Below the pieces are notes generated by a model. It had not been told where the DNA came from. It did not search any database and saw only the letters and a program-made list of their open reading frames with translations. Below are positions 33,298-46,493 of a DNA stretch of 64,000 nt, piece by piece. This stretch comes from Paramoeba atlantica (Eukaryota; Protista; Discosea): NCBI GenBank assembly GCA_977017575.1, contig CDRNVI010000168.1, forward strand, positions 62,001 through 126,000, given 5' to 3'. The number at the start of each line of letters is the position of its first letter. Positions within the stretch are counted from its first letter, which is position 1. The position numbers and the translations under genes are program-made.

Positions 33298-36200
33298 ATG
33301 TCCCAACAACGCTTTCTCTTATTTTGTGTTTTGTGCTTTGTTTGTTTTGGTTCTTGTCAAGAAGAACCGCGAGCACTTTTATATGGGCGTCCTTATGGTC
33401 TCTTTCTCTTTTCTTTGTTTCTTTCAGTGTTCTTCTTTCTCATGAATTTTGTTTTCTCTTCCCAGCTCCTTCTCCCTACGTCGAATTGGCAAGGGCTCCT
33501 AAGAATCATGGGGTCGTCTTTACCATTGCTTTAAAGCAGGTTTTGAGAACAAAATCTCTCTTCTTTCAACCACAAATTGAAAGTTTCTTTCTTTCAGAGA
33601 AATTTGGATCGCCTTGAAGAAGTTTTGTTTCAAGTTTCAGATCCCAAACATGAACTTTACGGCAAGCATTGGACTCGAGAGCAGGTTTCCAAAAAGCTAT
33701 TTCTCTTTTTATCTTATTTTTTTATTCATAACAAAACAAGGTTCTTGATTTGGTTGCTCCTTTCGAAGAAGATGTCGCACCAGTTCTTCAGTGGCTTCGT
33801 GATGTGAGTCTTTTCTTTTTTCTTTTATGATTCTCAACCAGAAGAAATTTTTCCTGTGGACTTGAATAACTTTCTTGAATCAATAGACTGCTGGAAGTGA
33901 AGCTCTTAAAATTGAAAACCGTCGAGATGCGCTCAAAATTTCGACTTCTGTTGGTTCTGTTTCTTGATTTCTTGAAGTTTTCGTCCAGACTGATATTCTA
34001 ATATTTTGGAACAGGAGTTGCAGAACGGTTGTTTCAAACTCGTTTAGTCTATTTTAGAGACAACTCAAAACCCAAGTCTCATGCCTTTATCAAATTTATG
34101 GGACAATTTTCGATCCCCACCTCCGTTACTTCAGTCATTGATATGGTCACTGGTCTCACGGAATTTCCTCCAAATTCGTTTACCCCCAAAGTTGTTGTTG
34201 ATGCTGAGAATGGAACCAATAGCTGCAACACTCCTTACACGTTTGTTGTCACTCTTTTTTGATATATATATTTTCTTCCCTCCTCCTATTTTCCCTACAC
34301 AAATTAATTAGTTGTTTTCAATCACTCATCAATCTCTTCCCCCCCCCCATCATGTTTTTCTCGATCTGGTTCCTTTTTTGTTTTCTGACTAAACTCCTTT
34401 TTATTTAAGGTTGAAGAAAATTTACAATATGTCAGAGACTCTCACTATTTCCAATAATATGGCAACACAAGGTCCTTTCTCTCGTGATGCTCACCAGGTA
34501 CGAGGGTTCATTTTTTTAAAAAAAATCCTTTTTTCTTTTGAAACCACCTGATATTTGACCACAAAAACTTCTTTTTTTCTTTTTCTTATTTTTTTTTTAA
34601 TAGACCAAAACTATTGGTTTTGGGGAGTCCGATTTGCAAGAATGGGAAGAACTCAACAACTTACCAGTTGTTCCTGTCTCTTCTATAATTGGAGATGCAG
34701 CTTATCTCTATGGTCCTGATGACTCTTCTCTTGCTGGTGGTGAAGCTCTTCTTGATATTCAGGTATCTCTCCTCCTCCTCTCGATACTTTTTGTGGAGAT
34801 AATCTCAGATGTTAAAAATTATTCGACAATAGATGATGATGGGATTTGCACCTGGAGCAAACACTTCGTTTTGGATTATTTCTGATTGGATTTATGAGTT
34901 TGCGAATGAGATCCTCTCAACACCTGGAGGTTTTTTTTTCTTTCAATTCATTTTTGTTTTTAGGAAACTGGAATTTCTCTCCAATAATAATAATAATAAT
35001 AATCTCTCGTTCGAACAGCACCCTTGGTGAACTCAATGAGTTATGGTTATGAAGAGATCAATCAATGTGATATTACCAATTGCACTGCTCTTGGATTTCC
35101 AGACAGTATCACATACATTCAAAGGACTGATGCTGAGTTCATGTTAGTCTCTCCTTTTTATTGAGAAGACAAGAGGAAAGAGAGAATTTGTTGCGAAAGA
35201 AGTCGAAAAATTGGTAATTTTCGTTCAGGAAATGTGGTGTCTCTGGTTATACTGTCTTAGCAGCGAGTGGAGACAATGGTGTTGAGCCCAACCGAGATTG
35301 TACACAGATGTTTCAGGTTTTTTGGATCGATCGTTTAATTTATTTATTTTTGAGAATAATTTACGAATCGTTGGGAAAAATGCTCGTCAATGAGTCTAAT
35401 ACCTAAAATTTACAGGTGTATCCTGCCTCTTCATTGTATGTCACAACTGTTGGTGCTACTGCAGTGATCAAATCGTTTGGAATCTTAATTTTCATCTTCC
35501 TTTTTTTTTTTTTCTTCTGAACAAAATTCCTTTCACAGAGACTCTGATGACCCAATTGGATCTGACGCACCCCCAATTTGTGACCAAGGAAGGTTCTTGA
35601 ATCAATAATTTATCAAATTAATCGATTATTTCTTTATACTAAAGGAACCAAACTAAAACAATATTTCTACAAATAGAGATTGTGAATGCTCAACCTCACA
35701 AGTTGAAAATGGAGCAATGCACACCAACGCTGCTTTGTTTGATACAGGTATTCTATTCCCTTCAAGCTCCTCATCTTTAAAAAGAAATACCCTTTCTTTA
35801 TTAAACTTTTCTTCCCTCTTTTCACACAGGTGGCGGATTTTCTCACTACAATCCTCGCCCAACTTGGCAAGATTCTGCTGTTCAGCAATATTTTAGCAGT
35901 GGTGTTGAGGTAATTTTTTTTTTGAAGATTTATTCCAGTTTTACTTTATCTTCTAAAAAACCAATCCTTTAATTTTTTCTAGTTCCCAGACCAAAAGTAT
36001 TGGAATTCAACCAACCGTGGGTATCCTGATGTCGCGGCTTGTGGTGCTGATATTGCTGTTTATCAAAAAGGCAAAATTAATAAGGTTTGTTGTCTCTCTG
36101 ATCCATCTCAAAAAAAGACAAATTATGTCTCCCAATCCTCTTATTTGTTTATTTTCTCCCTTCTCCACAGTTGGCCGGAACTTCTGCATCCTGTCCAATC

Positions 36201-36695
36201 TGGGCAGCGATTTTGAACATGTTAAATTCAGATCGCATTGACGCAGGAAAATCGCCTCTTGGCTTTGCTAATCCTTTGTTGTATTCTATGTGGCAAGAGG
36301 TAATGAAATTTTCATTCTTGTCATTGACTTTCCTTTAACAAAGATTGTTTTTTCAGAACCCAAGAACCTTTAACGATATTACTGTCGGTCATAATGGAGG
36401 GAATCATTACATTGGAATCGGGGTTTTTTGTCTTTTTTTTTTTTTTTTGGAAGTCTCTTTCAAAAGAATGATTGTTAATCACAAAATCAACAACAGGCTT
36501 GCAATAAATTCGACTTTTATGCCACAGAAGGTTGGGACGCTGTTTCAGGTCTTGGAACACCAAACTTTGGGCTGGTTTGTTATTATTCTCCTTCTCTCTC
36601 TATTTCTTTCTTTTGCAGTCGCCCCTCTTTTTTGAAGAGATGTTTTTGTTTAATCCAATCAATAGATCCGAGAATATGTTGCCAACTTATCATAA
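33298..36695 (+). CDS. Sedolisin / tripeptidyl-peptidase 1-like S53 protease (many exons)
   Basis: Signal peptide, prodomain (VSDPKHELYGKHWT), GEALLDIQ, AASGDNG, RGYPDVAA, catalytic GTSASCP, GWDAVSGLGTPNF and terminal IREYVANLS*. Confidence 0.92.
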
Positions 36696-37178
36696 GACCG
36701 CAGAGAAAAGAAGTTTTTTCCACTTGCGAAAATGATAATAAACTACACCTCCAAACTCTACACCCTCAATTTCTCAGAACCTCCAGCTAATTTCCCCTTA
36801 CTTCAGCACACCCACCCTCCTACTCCTTTTCATCCAGCCTCATCTCACGAAAGTGCGGGATGAAGCTTTTGGAGATACAAGCATCTTGCTTTCCTCTTTC
36901 CTTTGTTTTTTCTGAATAAATTAGAATTTCAAAAAAAACACAAAAAAAACACAAAAAACTCATTGTTTTTAATTTAAAGTCTTTTTTTGTTCATTATCGA
37001 TTTTTTAGGGCTACAATGAATACACGAACAGACGAAAGGTACATGTCATAACACAAAAAATCAACTTTCCATCCAATCAACACAAAACAAAAAGAATAAG
37101 ACCGCCGACAGGGAGGGAAAAGAGAAAAAGAAGGAGAAGACACGATCTAGGTCTATTGTCGCGCGTGCAATCCGGACC

Positions 37179-37385
37179 TTAAAACAAGGGCTTGGCAGAA
37201 CGATCAACAGGGGTGTGGGTGTGGCAGTAGACCTTTCCTTCAACAGCCTTGAAGTTCTTGAGATCCAACTTGCATTGGCAATCAGCGCACTTGAAGCACC
37301 ATTTGTGGAAGAATTTACCACCAGCGGGGATCTTCTCCAAAGGATAGACGGTCTTGTTGCAGATATCACACTTGGGGTTGGCCAT
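37179..37385 (-). CDS. Small single-LIM-domain protein (CRIP-like)
   Basis: CxxC-x17-HxxC-xxCxxC-x17-CxxH LIM pattern. The true 3' end may be spliced differently. Confidence 0.85.
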   Translation of the reverse strand: MANPKCDICNKTVYPLEKIPAGGKFFHKWCFKCADCQCKLDLKNFKAVEGKVYCHTHTPVDRSAKPLF

Positions 37386-37837
37386 TATTATTGTCGAGAG
37401 AGAGAAGGGGGGTTAAAGCAATTGAACCAAAAGGAAAACCGCAAAAAAGAAAAGAAGGTGACGTCTGGGACATTCGGTAGTATGTCTTTTTGTCTTTTTT
37501 TGTTTCTGCTTTTTTCCCCTTTTTTGCCACAAAATAAAACACCTACTACAACAATGTGGGAGCGGGGGCATTCTGCAGAAAAAAAAAAGAGTAAAAAGAA
37601 TCAAAAATACCCCTTCATTGGTTCCAGGAAAATTTTGCAAAACAATTTTTTCATTGGGTGTCCATTGTATCAAGGACACCTCCCGTTTTTTTTTTTTTGA
37701 AAATTAATAATTTATTATCACACCCCCTTTTTGTGTTTTTTTTCCTCTTTCTTGTTGCTCAAAAGTTTTTTTGTACAAAATTATTTTTTTGAGAACCCAC
37801 CGATCTCCTTGTTCTCCCTCCCCCTTCTCTCCCTTTC

Positions 37838-39062
37838 TTAGACTCCTTTCATTACATTTTTCATGGACTTTTTCTTTCCAACTTTGACTTGACGAGCAAG
37901 AAGATCATTTTCGGTCCACATCCAATAAGTTCGTTGAAGATCATGAATTGCCTGTTGTCGTCCGATGACATTCAAAGCTTGAAATGCAATTTTACTTCTG
38001 ATTGGTCGATTTCGAATTCCAGCAACAGAAGTTGCATTTTGGACAAATTGAATCAAGAAAACTAATGGGTGAGAATCCACTTGTGAGACCAATTCGATAT
38101 CATCATATCTGATTGCCCACTGTTGTTTGACAAATATTTTAAAATAAGAAAAAAGAGAATGTCCCTAATTTTTATAAGAAAAGAAATGAAAAAAAAACCT
38201 TAACAATGAAATTATTGCTGGTTTCAGAGGGTGTTGTCATAAAGAGACGATTTGTCGAAAGAACAAGACACCGATAATTCAACTTTTGTTTCTGAAAAAT
38301 TGAAAAAGCTTTTAGGAAAACAACACTCAACACTCAACACAATATTCAATTCCAAAAACCTTGTCGAATTTAAAAACAAATAGGTGTCCCTGGTAAAGAT
38401 CAGGTTGTTGAATGAGGCTCCCTGAAGATCAATAAATTTTTTCATCTTTTTTTTTAAAGGAAAAAAATGTTCAAGAAAAAAAACCTTCAAATAATGCTTG
38501 CCAAAATCTTCTCATCAGAGCCTCTGAAGCAATCGAAACAAGTGTCAGTTGGTTTGCGTCAGAAGATTTCAAAAGCATTGTCTTAAATGAAGATTCTTTA
38601 ATTGCTTTTTTCGCCATTTTCGCACCCTAGAGAGAGAACAAGAATAAGAAGGATAGAATTAAGTTGGGGTTAACTTGTAGGAAGAAAATGACCACAACCT
38701 TTTTGTCAAATTCTTGATAAACCAATCGGAGACCTCCTTCCGCTTCCTTGATTTCATGTAAGTTAAATAATGGCATCACCCAAAGCTTTTTCTTCGAGTA
38801 TGGATCAATCTAAAAAATTCAAGTTTCAATAAAAAAAAGGTTCCTTCTGAGGAACAAAAACAAAATGAAATCGAAAAAAAAAAGACTCTTCACCCTCCAA
38901 CACAAAAATCCGAACCTTGTAAAAATGTTCAGTGGAAATGAGAAGGTAGACTGGTTTGTTACTTCCTTCTTTGACTTCTAAATGGGTAATATAAGATTCT
39001 CCTTTTGCCAATAATTCTTTTGTCTCGAGTGGTGGTTGGAGGGTTGTGGCTGCATTCGCCAT
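37838..39062 (-). CDS. Hypothetical multi-exon protein
   Basis: A series of complex-composition exons (MANAATTLQPP..., IDPYSKKKLWVMP..., ...KNVMKGV*). One junction phase is unresolved. Confidence 0.55.
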
Positions 39063-39229
39063 TTTTTGTTCCCTTTATTCCAAGCCCCAAACAGCCCCAA
39101 ACCACAAACGAACAAAACAAAAAAGGAGTATGGATTTTAGAACTGAAATTTTATTTGTCAGTATGGACCTTGTTTTTTTCTTTCTTTTTTTTTGGTTTTT
39201 TTTTCAGTTCTTTTTCTGTTCTGAAAAAA

Positions 39230-40058
39230 ATGGCAGATGAGAAAGAGAAAAAAGTCTTTTCTCCAAGTAAGATCCCTCTTTCAAATGTTGGAAAGATCTC
39301 TGAATCTTGTCTCGATTATTTGAATATTGAGATGGTTGAATATGTGGTTTCCACTTCCAAAGATTCAAGGGAGGACACTTTTTTGAAGTTGGAAAGGATC
39401 GGTTTTCTTGTTGGACAAAAACTTGTTCAAAGGTTTGTTATTGTTTCCTTTTTTTGAATTTCTTTTGATGTTTTCTTCCCTAACACTTCTTTTCGAATTC
39501 CAAAAAAAAAAAAGGTATGCAAAAAATCGCCCACGATTTCATGATACACTGGAGAAAATCAAGTTTGTCTGTAAAGAGTTTTGGCTGGAAGTCTTTCAAA
39601 AACAAGTGGATAAACTTCGAACAAATCACAAGGTTTGGGATTTAATACTTTCGTCGAAATCAAATTCGATTACCACAAAGAAAAAAGATTGGGGTTGAAT
39701 ATTGTACAATAATAATTTTTTTTTTCGAAAAGGGTGTTTTCGTTCTTCATGATAACAAATTTCGATGGTTAACACAATTTTCATCACATGGACCATGGAC
39801 AAGAGAAAAGTCACAAAATTATGTTCTATTTCCAAGTGGAATTATACGAGGGGCTTTAAAAGCTCTCGGGGTCTCATGTATTGTTACACCTGAAGCGAGA
39901 GAGATCCCTGCATGTTCGATTTTTCTTACTTTTTCTTTTGTGTGTGTGTAAGTTTTGTTTGTGTGCTTTCTTGGTGATCACTTTTTTTGACACAAAAACC
40001 ATCCTATCCAACAGGTACATTCACTATTGAGATTCTTCAAAATCAAAACAAAAACTAA
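39230..40058 (+). CDS. TRAPPC6: TRAPP complex subunit 6 (Trs33)
   Basis: LERIGFLVGQKL, IKFVCKEFW, VDKLRTNHK|GVFVLHDNKFRWL and GIIRGALKALG. Confidence 0.9.
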
Positions 40059-40256
40059 CAAAATTCATCATCACACCATATTTTGTGTGATGAATTGGAG
40101 GGAGGGACTAACCGATAAAAAACACGCTTGTGTGTGTGTGAGTGGGGGAGAAAAGAAATTCTTCCAAATTATTTTCTCTCTGTCAGAAAAGAGAGAGAGA
40201 GAAATAGACTCTCTCTTAATACTTCTCTTTTCTTATTTTTCAAATTTGATCCCTTT

Positions 40257-40973
40257 TTATCTTTTATCTTTTGCTTTCCTCTTTCGAGGGTCAGAACCAA
40301 AGTCATCTCCATCAGCTGCAGCAAGAGCATTTGCAGCAGCCAAACTTTGAACTTCTTGAATTTTCTGAATAATTTGTTTTGCTTGGTCCATATCTCTTTC
40401 TCTCTGTTTTTGAGCAATTTTTGTTTGAGTTTCTGTCGTTTCGATTACTTTAGCTGCTCGGAGCCGCCATTCACTCAAAGTTTCAAACATTCTCTCTAAC
40501 TCTTCGTCTCCTGAGATATCACGTCCAATCTTTTCATCCACAAGTAAAGCTTTTGATTTTTGATCCATCTTTCCTTTCAACACTCCGACATACATTGCGT
40601 CGATGATCAGATCTTCAAGTTCACGAACGTTCGGAAGAGAAAGTTCTTCCAAGAGAAGGGTGTAAGGCAGAACTCTCCTCGAATTTGAAAGAGTAACAAT
40701 TGTGAGTTGCCGAATTTTTTTCTTTTGAATTTCGGGGAGAGAGGCAAACACATTTTCACTCAGATCTTTGACAATTCCAAAAGCAAAAGTTTGGAGAAGT
40801 GGGAAAATCGGAAGAGAGTCGATTCCTGGAATATCCAAGAGTTCTCCAAAAACATAAATCCCAGGATCATTCAGAATTTCTTGGATAATACTCGATCGTT
40901 CTTCTTGAGAAGAACTTTGGGAAAGTTTGGAGAGGTAAGGCCTCAAAGAAGCTTCTTTCATCAACTCTTCCAT
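40257..40973 (-). CDS. CSN7: COP9 signalosome subunit 7 (PCI domain)
   Basis: PGIYVFGELLD, KKIRQLTIVTL, NVRELEDLIIDAMY, GKMDQK and GRDI. Intronless. Confidence 0.88.
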   Translation of the reverse strand: MEELMKEASLRPYLSKLSQSSSQEERSSIIQEILNDPGIYVFGELLDIPGIDSLPIFPLLQTFAFGIVKDLSENVFASLPEIQKKKIRQLTIVTLSNSRRVLPYTLLLEELSLPNVRELEDLIIDAMYVGVLKGKMDQKSKALLVDEKIGRDISGDEELERMFETLSEWRLRAAKVIETTETQTKIAQKQRERDMDQAKQIIQKIQEVQSLAAANALAAADGDDFGSDPRKRKAKDKR

Positions 40974-41043
40974 CAATTTTCTTTGCAACAAACACAATAT
41001 TTTTTTTGCAGCAAAAAAACAAAAAAAAAGAGAAAATATGTGC

Positions 41044-41051
41044 TGACGTCA
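41044..41051. promoter_or_regulatory. TGACGTCA (CRE-like) palindrome in the CSN7/CCDC93 bidirectional promoter
   Basis: Exact palindrome in a 224-nt divergent intergenic region. Another copy lies at 53045-53052, upstream of bystin. Confidence 0.4.
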
Positions 41052-41197
41052 TGAAATATTTTTTGATTTTTAATTTTTAATGTGTTTTTGCACCAAAACA
41101 AAAATGACACGTAGGATTTTTTTTCACACGTCAGCCAGCTTTTTCTTTGCATTTTGACTTGAGCCAAACAAAGCAACAAGAAGGAAAAGTGTGAAGG

Positions 41198-43183
41198 ATG
41201 ACTTCCTTCAAACGCCAACAGTCTGTCGCGATCTATGGTATCGCTGACCAAGATCGATTAGATGGAACACAAGTTGATGCTGAGCAACAAAAAAAGTATG
41301 AGGAAATTTTAGAGTTGCTTCTTGCTGCTGGATATTTTCGGGCTCGAATCAAAGGTCTTCGTCCTTTTGATAAAGTCATTGGAGGATTGACTTGGAGTAT
41401 TATGAATAGTGCTGTGGATCTCGATGTTGATCTCTTTTTTGAAGAAGGGGCGAAGCTTGGTCAAGAGATCAAACTTGGAGAAGATATTATTCGAACACTC
41501 CGAAGAATGAAGTGTCCTCATCCTCTCCAATCGAATCAGATCCGAGGTTTAGATTGTGTGAACATCTTTCCTGTTGTTCAATGGTTAGTTAAGAAAGTGA
41601 TTGAAACTCGAGAGGAAATGGGAGATCTTCTTCGATCTTTTAGTGTTTATCAGTTTCATCAATCGGATCAACTCCCAGAAGATCGAGCGGCAGAAGAACG
41701 CCGACCAGCTGCGTCATCTTTTATTGGTGAAGTAGTCGAGCGTTATCAACCTGGACGACAATTTCGAGCCAAAGTTGAATCTGGAAACCAAGATGAACGT
41801 GTTCAATTGACCTTGTTGGAGTATGGCGATAAATCCGTCTCTGTCGACTTACGTCTTGCAGGCCAGGCACAAAAGAAGACGAAAAAAAGTGCAAGTTTCG
41901 GAGGGAATGTAGCAGCTGCGTCTCTTGGAGCTTCTACTGAAGGAGGTGGAGAAGAAGATTTCTCCTCTCGTTTAGCTGAAGAACAGAAACAAAAGATTGA
42001 CAGTCTGATGCAAGGTCTCTCTGCTTTTGAGGGTGATTCATCGAAAGTTTCTGGTGCAAAAGTTGGTGATATTTTGAATTTTCAGTCGAGCGAATTATTA
42101 CAAGTGGTCCAGATGCACGCAGAAGAACATGAAAAGATCAAAGTTAAGTTGGAAGAAATTATGGCTGCAGAAGATTACGCAGATTTGCAACATCGTCGAC
42201 AACTCGAAAAGAGGAAACAAAAGATGGGAAAGTTACAACAACAAATGGAAGAAATTGCGGAAGTTTATAATTCCACCAAATCCGAATTGGAAGAACTTTC
42301 TGAATCTCTTGAGAAGCAACAAAATCTCAACAAAAGGATCGTTGAGGTAATTTTTCTTTTTTTCTCCTCTCTCAATTATTTTTTTAAATCATTTTTTTTT
42401 TTTTGGATATGTCATCCAAAAAAAAAACATATTTTAACACAAAAACAAAAGGAAATTGAGCGATTGAACGCATTGGAGACTCCAGAAAACTCAGACGATT
42501 TGAAAATGTTGAAAGGTCTTGTTGCTCTCAACGAAAACCTCAAACAACAAGAAAAAGACTTCCGTGCGAGTTGTATTAAAGAGAGAAAGAGACTGCAAGA
42601 TCTTTTGGCGAACGATCAACTCTCTCCAGAAGATGAAGAAGAGTTACAGAGGATTGAGATGATTGAGCAAACACATAAAGAAGATTCAGAGAAGTTGAAT
42701 ATGTTGAAATCGATGTGCGCGAAGAAGACAAGAGATATTGTGATGGTTAAGAGGAAGATTGACGAAATCCCTTCTCGTACTGAATTAACGCAATACCAAC
42801 AAGCTCTCTTAGATTTATACGAACAAGTTGATGCGAAGTTGAACGAAACAAGGCAATACTTTAGTACCTACAACACGTTGTCGAATACCCTTGAATTCTG
42901 GCAAAGCGAGGTCCAATTGATGGAAAGTATCAGTGGGAACTACAAAATTGCGATGAAAAACGAAAAATCAAGAGAAGCGTTCTTGAAACAATTACAACAG
43001 AAGTTAGATCTTGTCAAAGAAAATATCGACAAAGCGAACGATCGTTTGGCGAATGAAAAGGGTGCTCTTGAGCTTGTGAAGAAGAAGTACGGAGCTCTCT
43101 TGGAGAAAGAGAGAGCTTACTTTAAAGCAACCAAGGAATTTCAAGAGGAATGTGCATTGAATGAAAAGCTTCGAGGAGAATAA
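41198..43183 (+). CDS. CCDC93: Coiled-coil domain-containing protein 93 (CCC/Commander complex), one intron about 42346-42450
   Basis: LLLAAGYFRARIKGLRPFDKVIGGL, CPHPLQSNQIRGLD and IDEIPSRTELTQYQ. Confidence 0.92.
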   Translation: MTSFKRQQSVAIYGIADQDRLDGTQVDAEQQKKYEEILELLLAAGYFRARIKGLRPFDKVIGGLTWSIMNSAVDLDVDLFFEEGAKLGQEIKLGEDIIRTLRRMKCPHPLQSNQIRGLDCVNIFPVVQWLVKKVIETREEMGDLLRSFSVYQFHQSDQLPEDRAAEERRPAASSFIGEVVERYQPGRQFRAKVESGNQDERVQLTLLEYGDKSVSVDLRLAGQAQKKTKKSASFGGNVAAASLGASTEGGGEEDFSSRLAEEQKQKIDSLMQGLSAFEGDSSKVSGAKVGDILNFQSSELLQVVQMHAEEHEKIKVKLEEIMAAEDYADLQHRRQLEKRKQKMGKLQQQMEEIAEVYNSTKSELEELSESLEKQQNLNKRIVEVIFLFFSSLNYFFKSFFFFWICHPKKKHILTQKQKEIERLNALETPENSDDLKMLKGLVALNENLKQQEKDFRASCIKERKRLQDLLANDQLSPEDEEELQRIEMIEQTHKEDSEKLNMLKSMCAKKTRDIVMVKRKIDEIPSRTELTQYQQALLDLYEQVDAKLNETRQYFSTYNTLSNTLEFWQSEVQLMESISGNYKIAMKNEKSREAFLKQLQQKLDLVKENIDKANDRLANEKGALELVKKKYGALLEKERAYFKATKEFQEECALNEKLRGE

Positions 43184-43427
43184 TATCTCGTTGGAAGGAT
43201 TGGAAGGGAGAAACAAATAAAAAAGGCTTGAAAATGTGGCTTGAATGTGAGATGAGAAAGTGAGAGTGTTTTTGCTCTCTTTTTTAGCGTTTGTTTAGAG
43301 ATCTATTTCTTTTATCTCTTTTTGCTCTTTTTGTTGAGTTTTGTGAAGAAAAGGGTGTTTTGTTTTTTCAAGGAAAGGAAGAAAGAAGAACAACGAACCA
43401 AAAAAAGAGCAAACAAAAAAAGACATT

Positions 43428-45398
43428 ATGTTTCACCTTAGAAGACCATCAAATCACACTTTCAAATTGTTTTGTCAGTTGATGAAAAAAGAAGATTCGA
43501 TTTCTTATTCTTTTCCTCGTTCTCTTCTTTCTTTTCATCCTCAAGCAGCAAAATCGATATCGTCTTCTTCTCCAATTCTCTCTCTTGTTTCTGGTTCACC
43601 TTCTTCTTCTTCTTCTTTCTCGTTTCTTCCTCCTTCTCTTCCTTCCCTGAGACACACCCAAACCCTCTCCTCTCTGGACAAAACAACAAATAGAATCATC
43701 GAGTTAAAAGAGCTTCCTCATCGTTGTGACTGGGATCTCGACTCAGAAGGAACTTGGAAATGGAAAGAAGAATCAAAACCCCAAACAATCTTAATTGTGA
43801 AAAGAGAAAAAGATTTAAAGAGCGAAAAAGTTCTGGGGGAGATGTGTGAATGGTTGAAAAAAGAATGGCCAGATGTGAGAGTTTTGGTTGATCCACAGAC
43901 TTTTTCTGATCTTGGTGCTGGGTTTGATCTTGATACGTTTCATTCTCCTCCAATTGATGGTTTTCTCTTCTTTTTTCTTTTCTTTTCTTTTCTTTTCTCT
44001 TTTTCCCCTTGTCTCTCTTCTTTCTCTCTCTCTCTTCTTCTTCTTCATCCTTATCTTAACCCTCAAATCCACAGAGAATGGATTAGAATCAGGGGATCTC
44101 TGCGAAATTGCTCGACAACTCTCTGAAAAAATCGATCTTGTAATCTCTCTTGGTGGTGATGGTACTCTTTTAAGAGCTTGTTCGATGTTTCGAGCTGAGG
44201 TTTTTGGATTTTTTTTTTGTTGTGCTTTGGTTTTGGTTTGTGGAGGGGGTTTTGTGAATCTGGTTTTATGAATTTTGAACTTTTATTTCCTCTTTTTGAG
44301 AAACCCTTTATTACCTTTCTTTTCATGTTAATTAACTGTTCTCTTCTCTCTCTCCCTCTCTCCAAGGTCCCCCCCGTTATAGCATTTCACATGGGAACAG
44401 TGGGATTTATGACAAATGCTCGAGCTGAAAATTTTAAAGAAGAGATCTCCCGAGTTATGGCTGGGTTCTTTTTTTTTGTCTTTCTCTCCCAAACTTCCCT
44501 GTCTTCATTTTTAATCTCTTTCGGAACTTTCTGACAACAAAAATAGAAATTTTATTTGTTCTTCGAGACAAAGATTAAAGTGTCGTCTTGTTCGAAATGA
44601 TAAACCAATCCATTTGTTTCGTTGTCTCAATGATGTTGCTTTCCACAAGTCTTTTCTCTCTCTTGCTCTTATCGTTTTTTATCCTGTTTTTTTTGTTCCG
44701 TTTGTTTTTTGTTTTTTTCTCTTTAATCTCTGATTTTCTTTTTCCCTTTTTCTCAACCATAGCGGAACAAGACGGTCAATCATGTGTACACTCGATTTGA
44801 CTATCAATGGAAGACCTGTCACCACATTGCAAGGTGATGGTCTTGTTATCTCTACTGCAAGTGGATCCACTGCTTACTCTCTTTCTTGTGGAGGTAATTG
44901 AAAGTTATTTTTAATTTTTTTTTCTCTCTTTTCTTTTTTTAAGATTGATTATGGTTTGAAAAATCTCAAAATTTGCGAATAACTCACCCTTTTTCTTTTT
45001 TCATCTCTCCCTTTAAAAAAAATCAACATTCAGGTCCTGTGATGCACCCAGAATGTACAGGGTTGGTTGTAACACCTATTGCTCCTCGTTCTCTCTCCTT
45101 TCGGCCCATCTTAGTTCCTTGGGATACAGAAATTGTTGTCTCTGAATCTGTTGATAATCGATCAGGTGTTGTTATGATGTCGTTTGATGGGAGACATTCA
45201 GTCCCTTTGCAAAAGGGAGATCACCTCTTTGTATGTTTTTCTTTTCTTTTTTTTTTTCTTAATTTTTTTTCTTATCTTTTCTTCATTGGCTTTCAGGTTG
45301 AAACAACGAGACACTCAGCAAATCTTGTCTGTATTGAGAATTCAATGACAGATTGGCTCCGGGCACTCCAAGGTCGACTTCATTGGAACTTCCAGTAG
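43428..45398 (+). CDS. NAD(+) kinase (multi-exon; start may be 43482)
   Basis: DLVISLGGDGTLL, VPPVIAFHMGTVGF, QGDGLVISTASGSTAYSLSCGG, TPIAPRSLSFRP and L+WN end. Confidence 0.9.
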
Positions 45399-45563
45399 TA
45401 GACCCCTTTCTCTCTCATCCATCACATATGTTCTTTTTCGAGACAAAAACAAAAGGCTCACCTCATGACCCAGAACATCATGAGATGTACTTTTTTTTTT
45501 TAAAGAAGAAGAAAAAACACTTCCTACGAGCTCGCCAAGCTCTTTAACTTAGTTAAAAATATT

Positions 45564-46493
45564 TTATTTTATTTGTGATGGTAATAAGACTGATCTCTTT
45601 GCAATATTTTGTGGATACAAAGGGGGAGCTTGTTGTAATCCAGGACCCAACAATTCCTCCATTCTCTCCAACCAAACCCTCAACTTTCCACCTCTCAATG
45701 TTTTATTTGAAAATTTGTGAAAGAATTCTTCTTCGCCTATCAACCCTGAACCTTCGACCATGTAGACAAACGCATAAACAGAAATATCATTCAAAGTAGC
45801 TCGATCTCTTTCAAAAAAGAAAGGTCCTTCCCCTAAATACTCGAGCAAATCCTCAACAATTCCGTCTTTCATCCCTTTCAAAGATCCATATTTTTGTTTC
45901 ACTTTTTCTCCTTCGGTTTGGATAAACTTGGTTCGGTCTGAGAAACGAAGAATGAGACCCCAAAAAGGACGAATAATCGCAGGAACACCACCAGAAGTTT
46001 TGTTTATCATGCTCGAATAATCCCACGCTAAGTCGAGGGACTTGAAGAATTCTTCGTTTTGGGTCATCAGAAAAAAAAAAGAAGCAAAAAGCGTTTCATC
46101 TACAAATCCCTTTTCGAAATCCAAGATCTCTTTTTTCGACACTTGATTTTGTTCTTCTGTTGGCAATAATGAATTGGCAGGGAAGAGTTTATCAAGCCAG
46201 ACAGCAATGGAAGTCGAATCATCCATCCATTTACAAGTTTTGTTTGTTCCTTCAACGAAAGGTGCTTCATCATCTTCAGACCAACCATCATCGTTCTTCA
46301 CCATGACGGCTGGGATCGTTCGGGCATTGAATTCTTTTCCAGTAAAATCCAATTCTTCTTTTGTAAAAGTATTCACATACACAAGTTTAAAGGGGATGTT
46401 CTTCGAGACAAGAGTCCAGTACGTTCGATTTCCAAATGGAGAAGCAGCATAAGTGAAGAATGTAACTTCTTTCTCTCCTTCGTCTGAACTCAT
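45564..46493 (-). CDS. Glutathione S-transferase-fold protein (mPGES-2/GST_N-like)
   Basis: TFFTYAASPF at the GST-N active-site position, VYVN..., IP, DSTSIA, and GST-C motif FFERDRATLNDISVY. Intronless. Confidence 0.8.
   Translation of the reverse strand: MSSDEGEKEVTFFTYAASPFGNRTYWTLVSKNIPFKLVYVNTFTKEELDFTGKEFNARTIPAVMVKNDDGWSEDDEAPFVEGTNKTCKWMDDSTSIAVWLDKLFPANSLLPTEEQNQVSKKEILDFEKGFVDETLFASFFFLMTQNEEFFKSLDLAWDYSSMINKTSGGVPAIIRPFWGLILRFSDRTKFIQTEGEKVKQKYGSLKGMKDGIVEDLLEYLGEGPFFFERDRATLNDISVYAFVYMVEGSGLIGEEEFFHKFSNKTLRGGKLRVWLERMEELLGPGLQQAPPLYPQNIAKRSVLLPSQIK

Noticed and set aside
2282-46493. Treating intronless genes as horizontal transfers on that basis alone
   Set aside because: The clearly native CSN7 is also intronless, so lack of introns is not diagnostic here.
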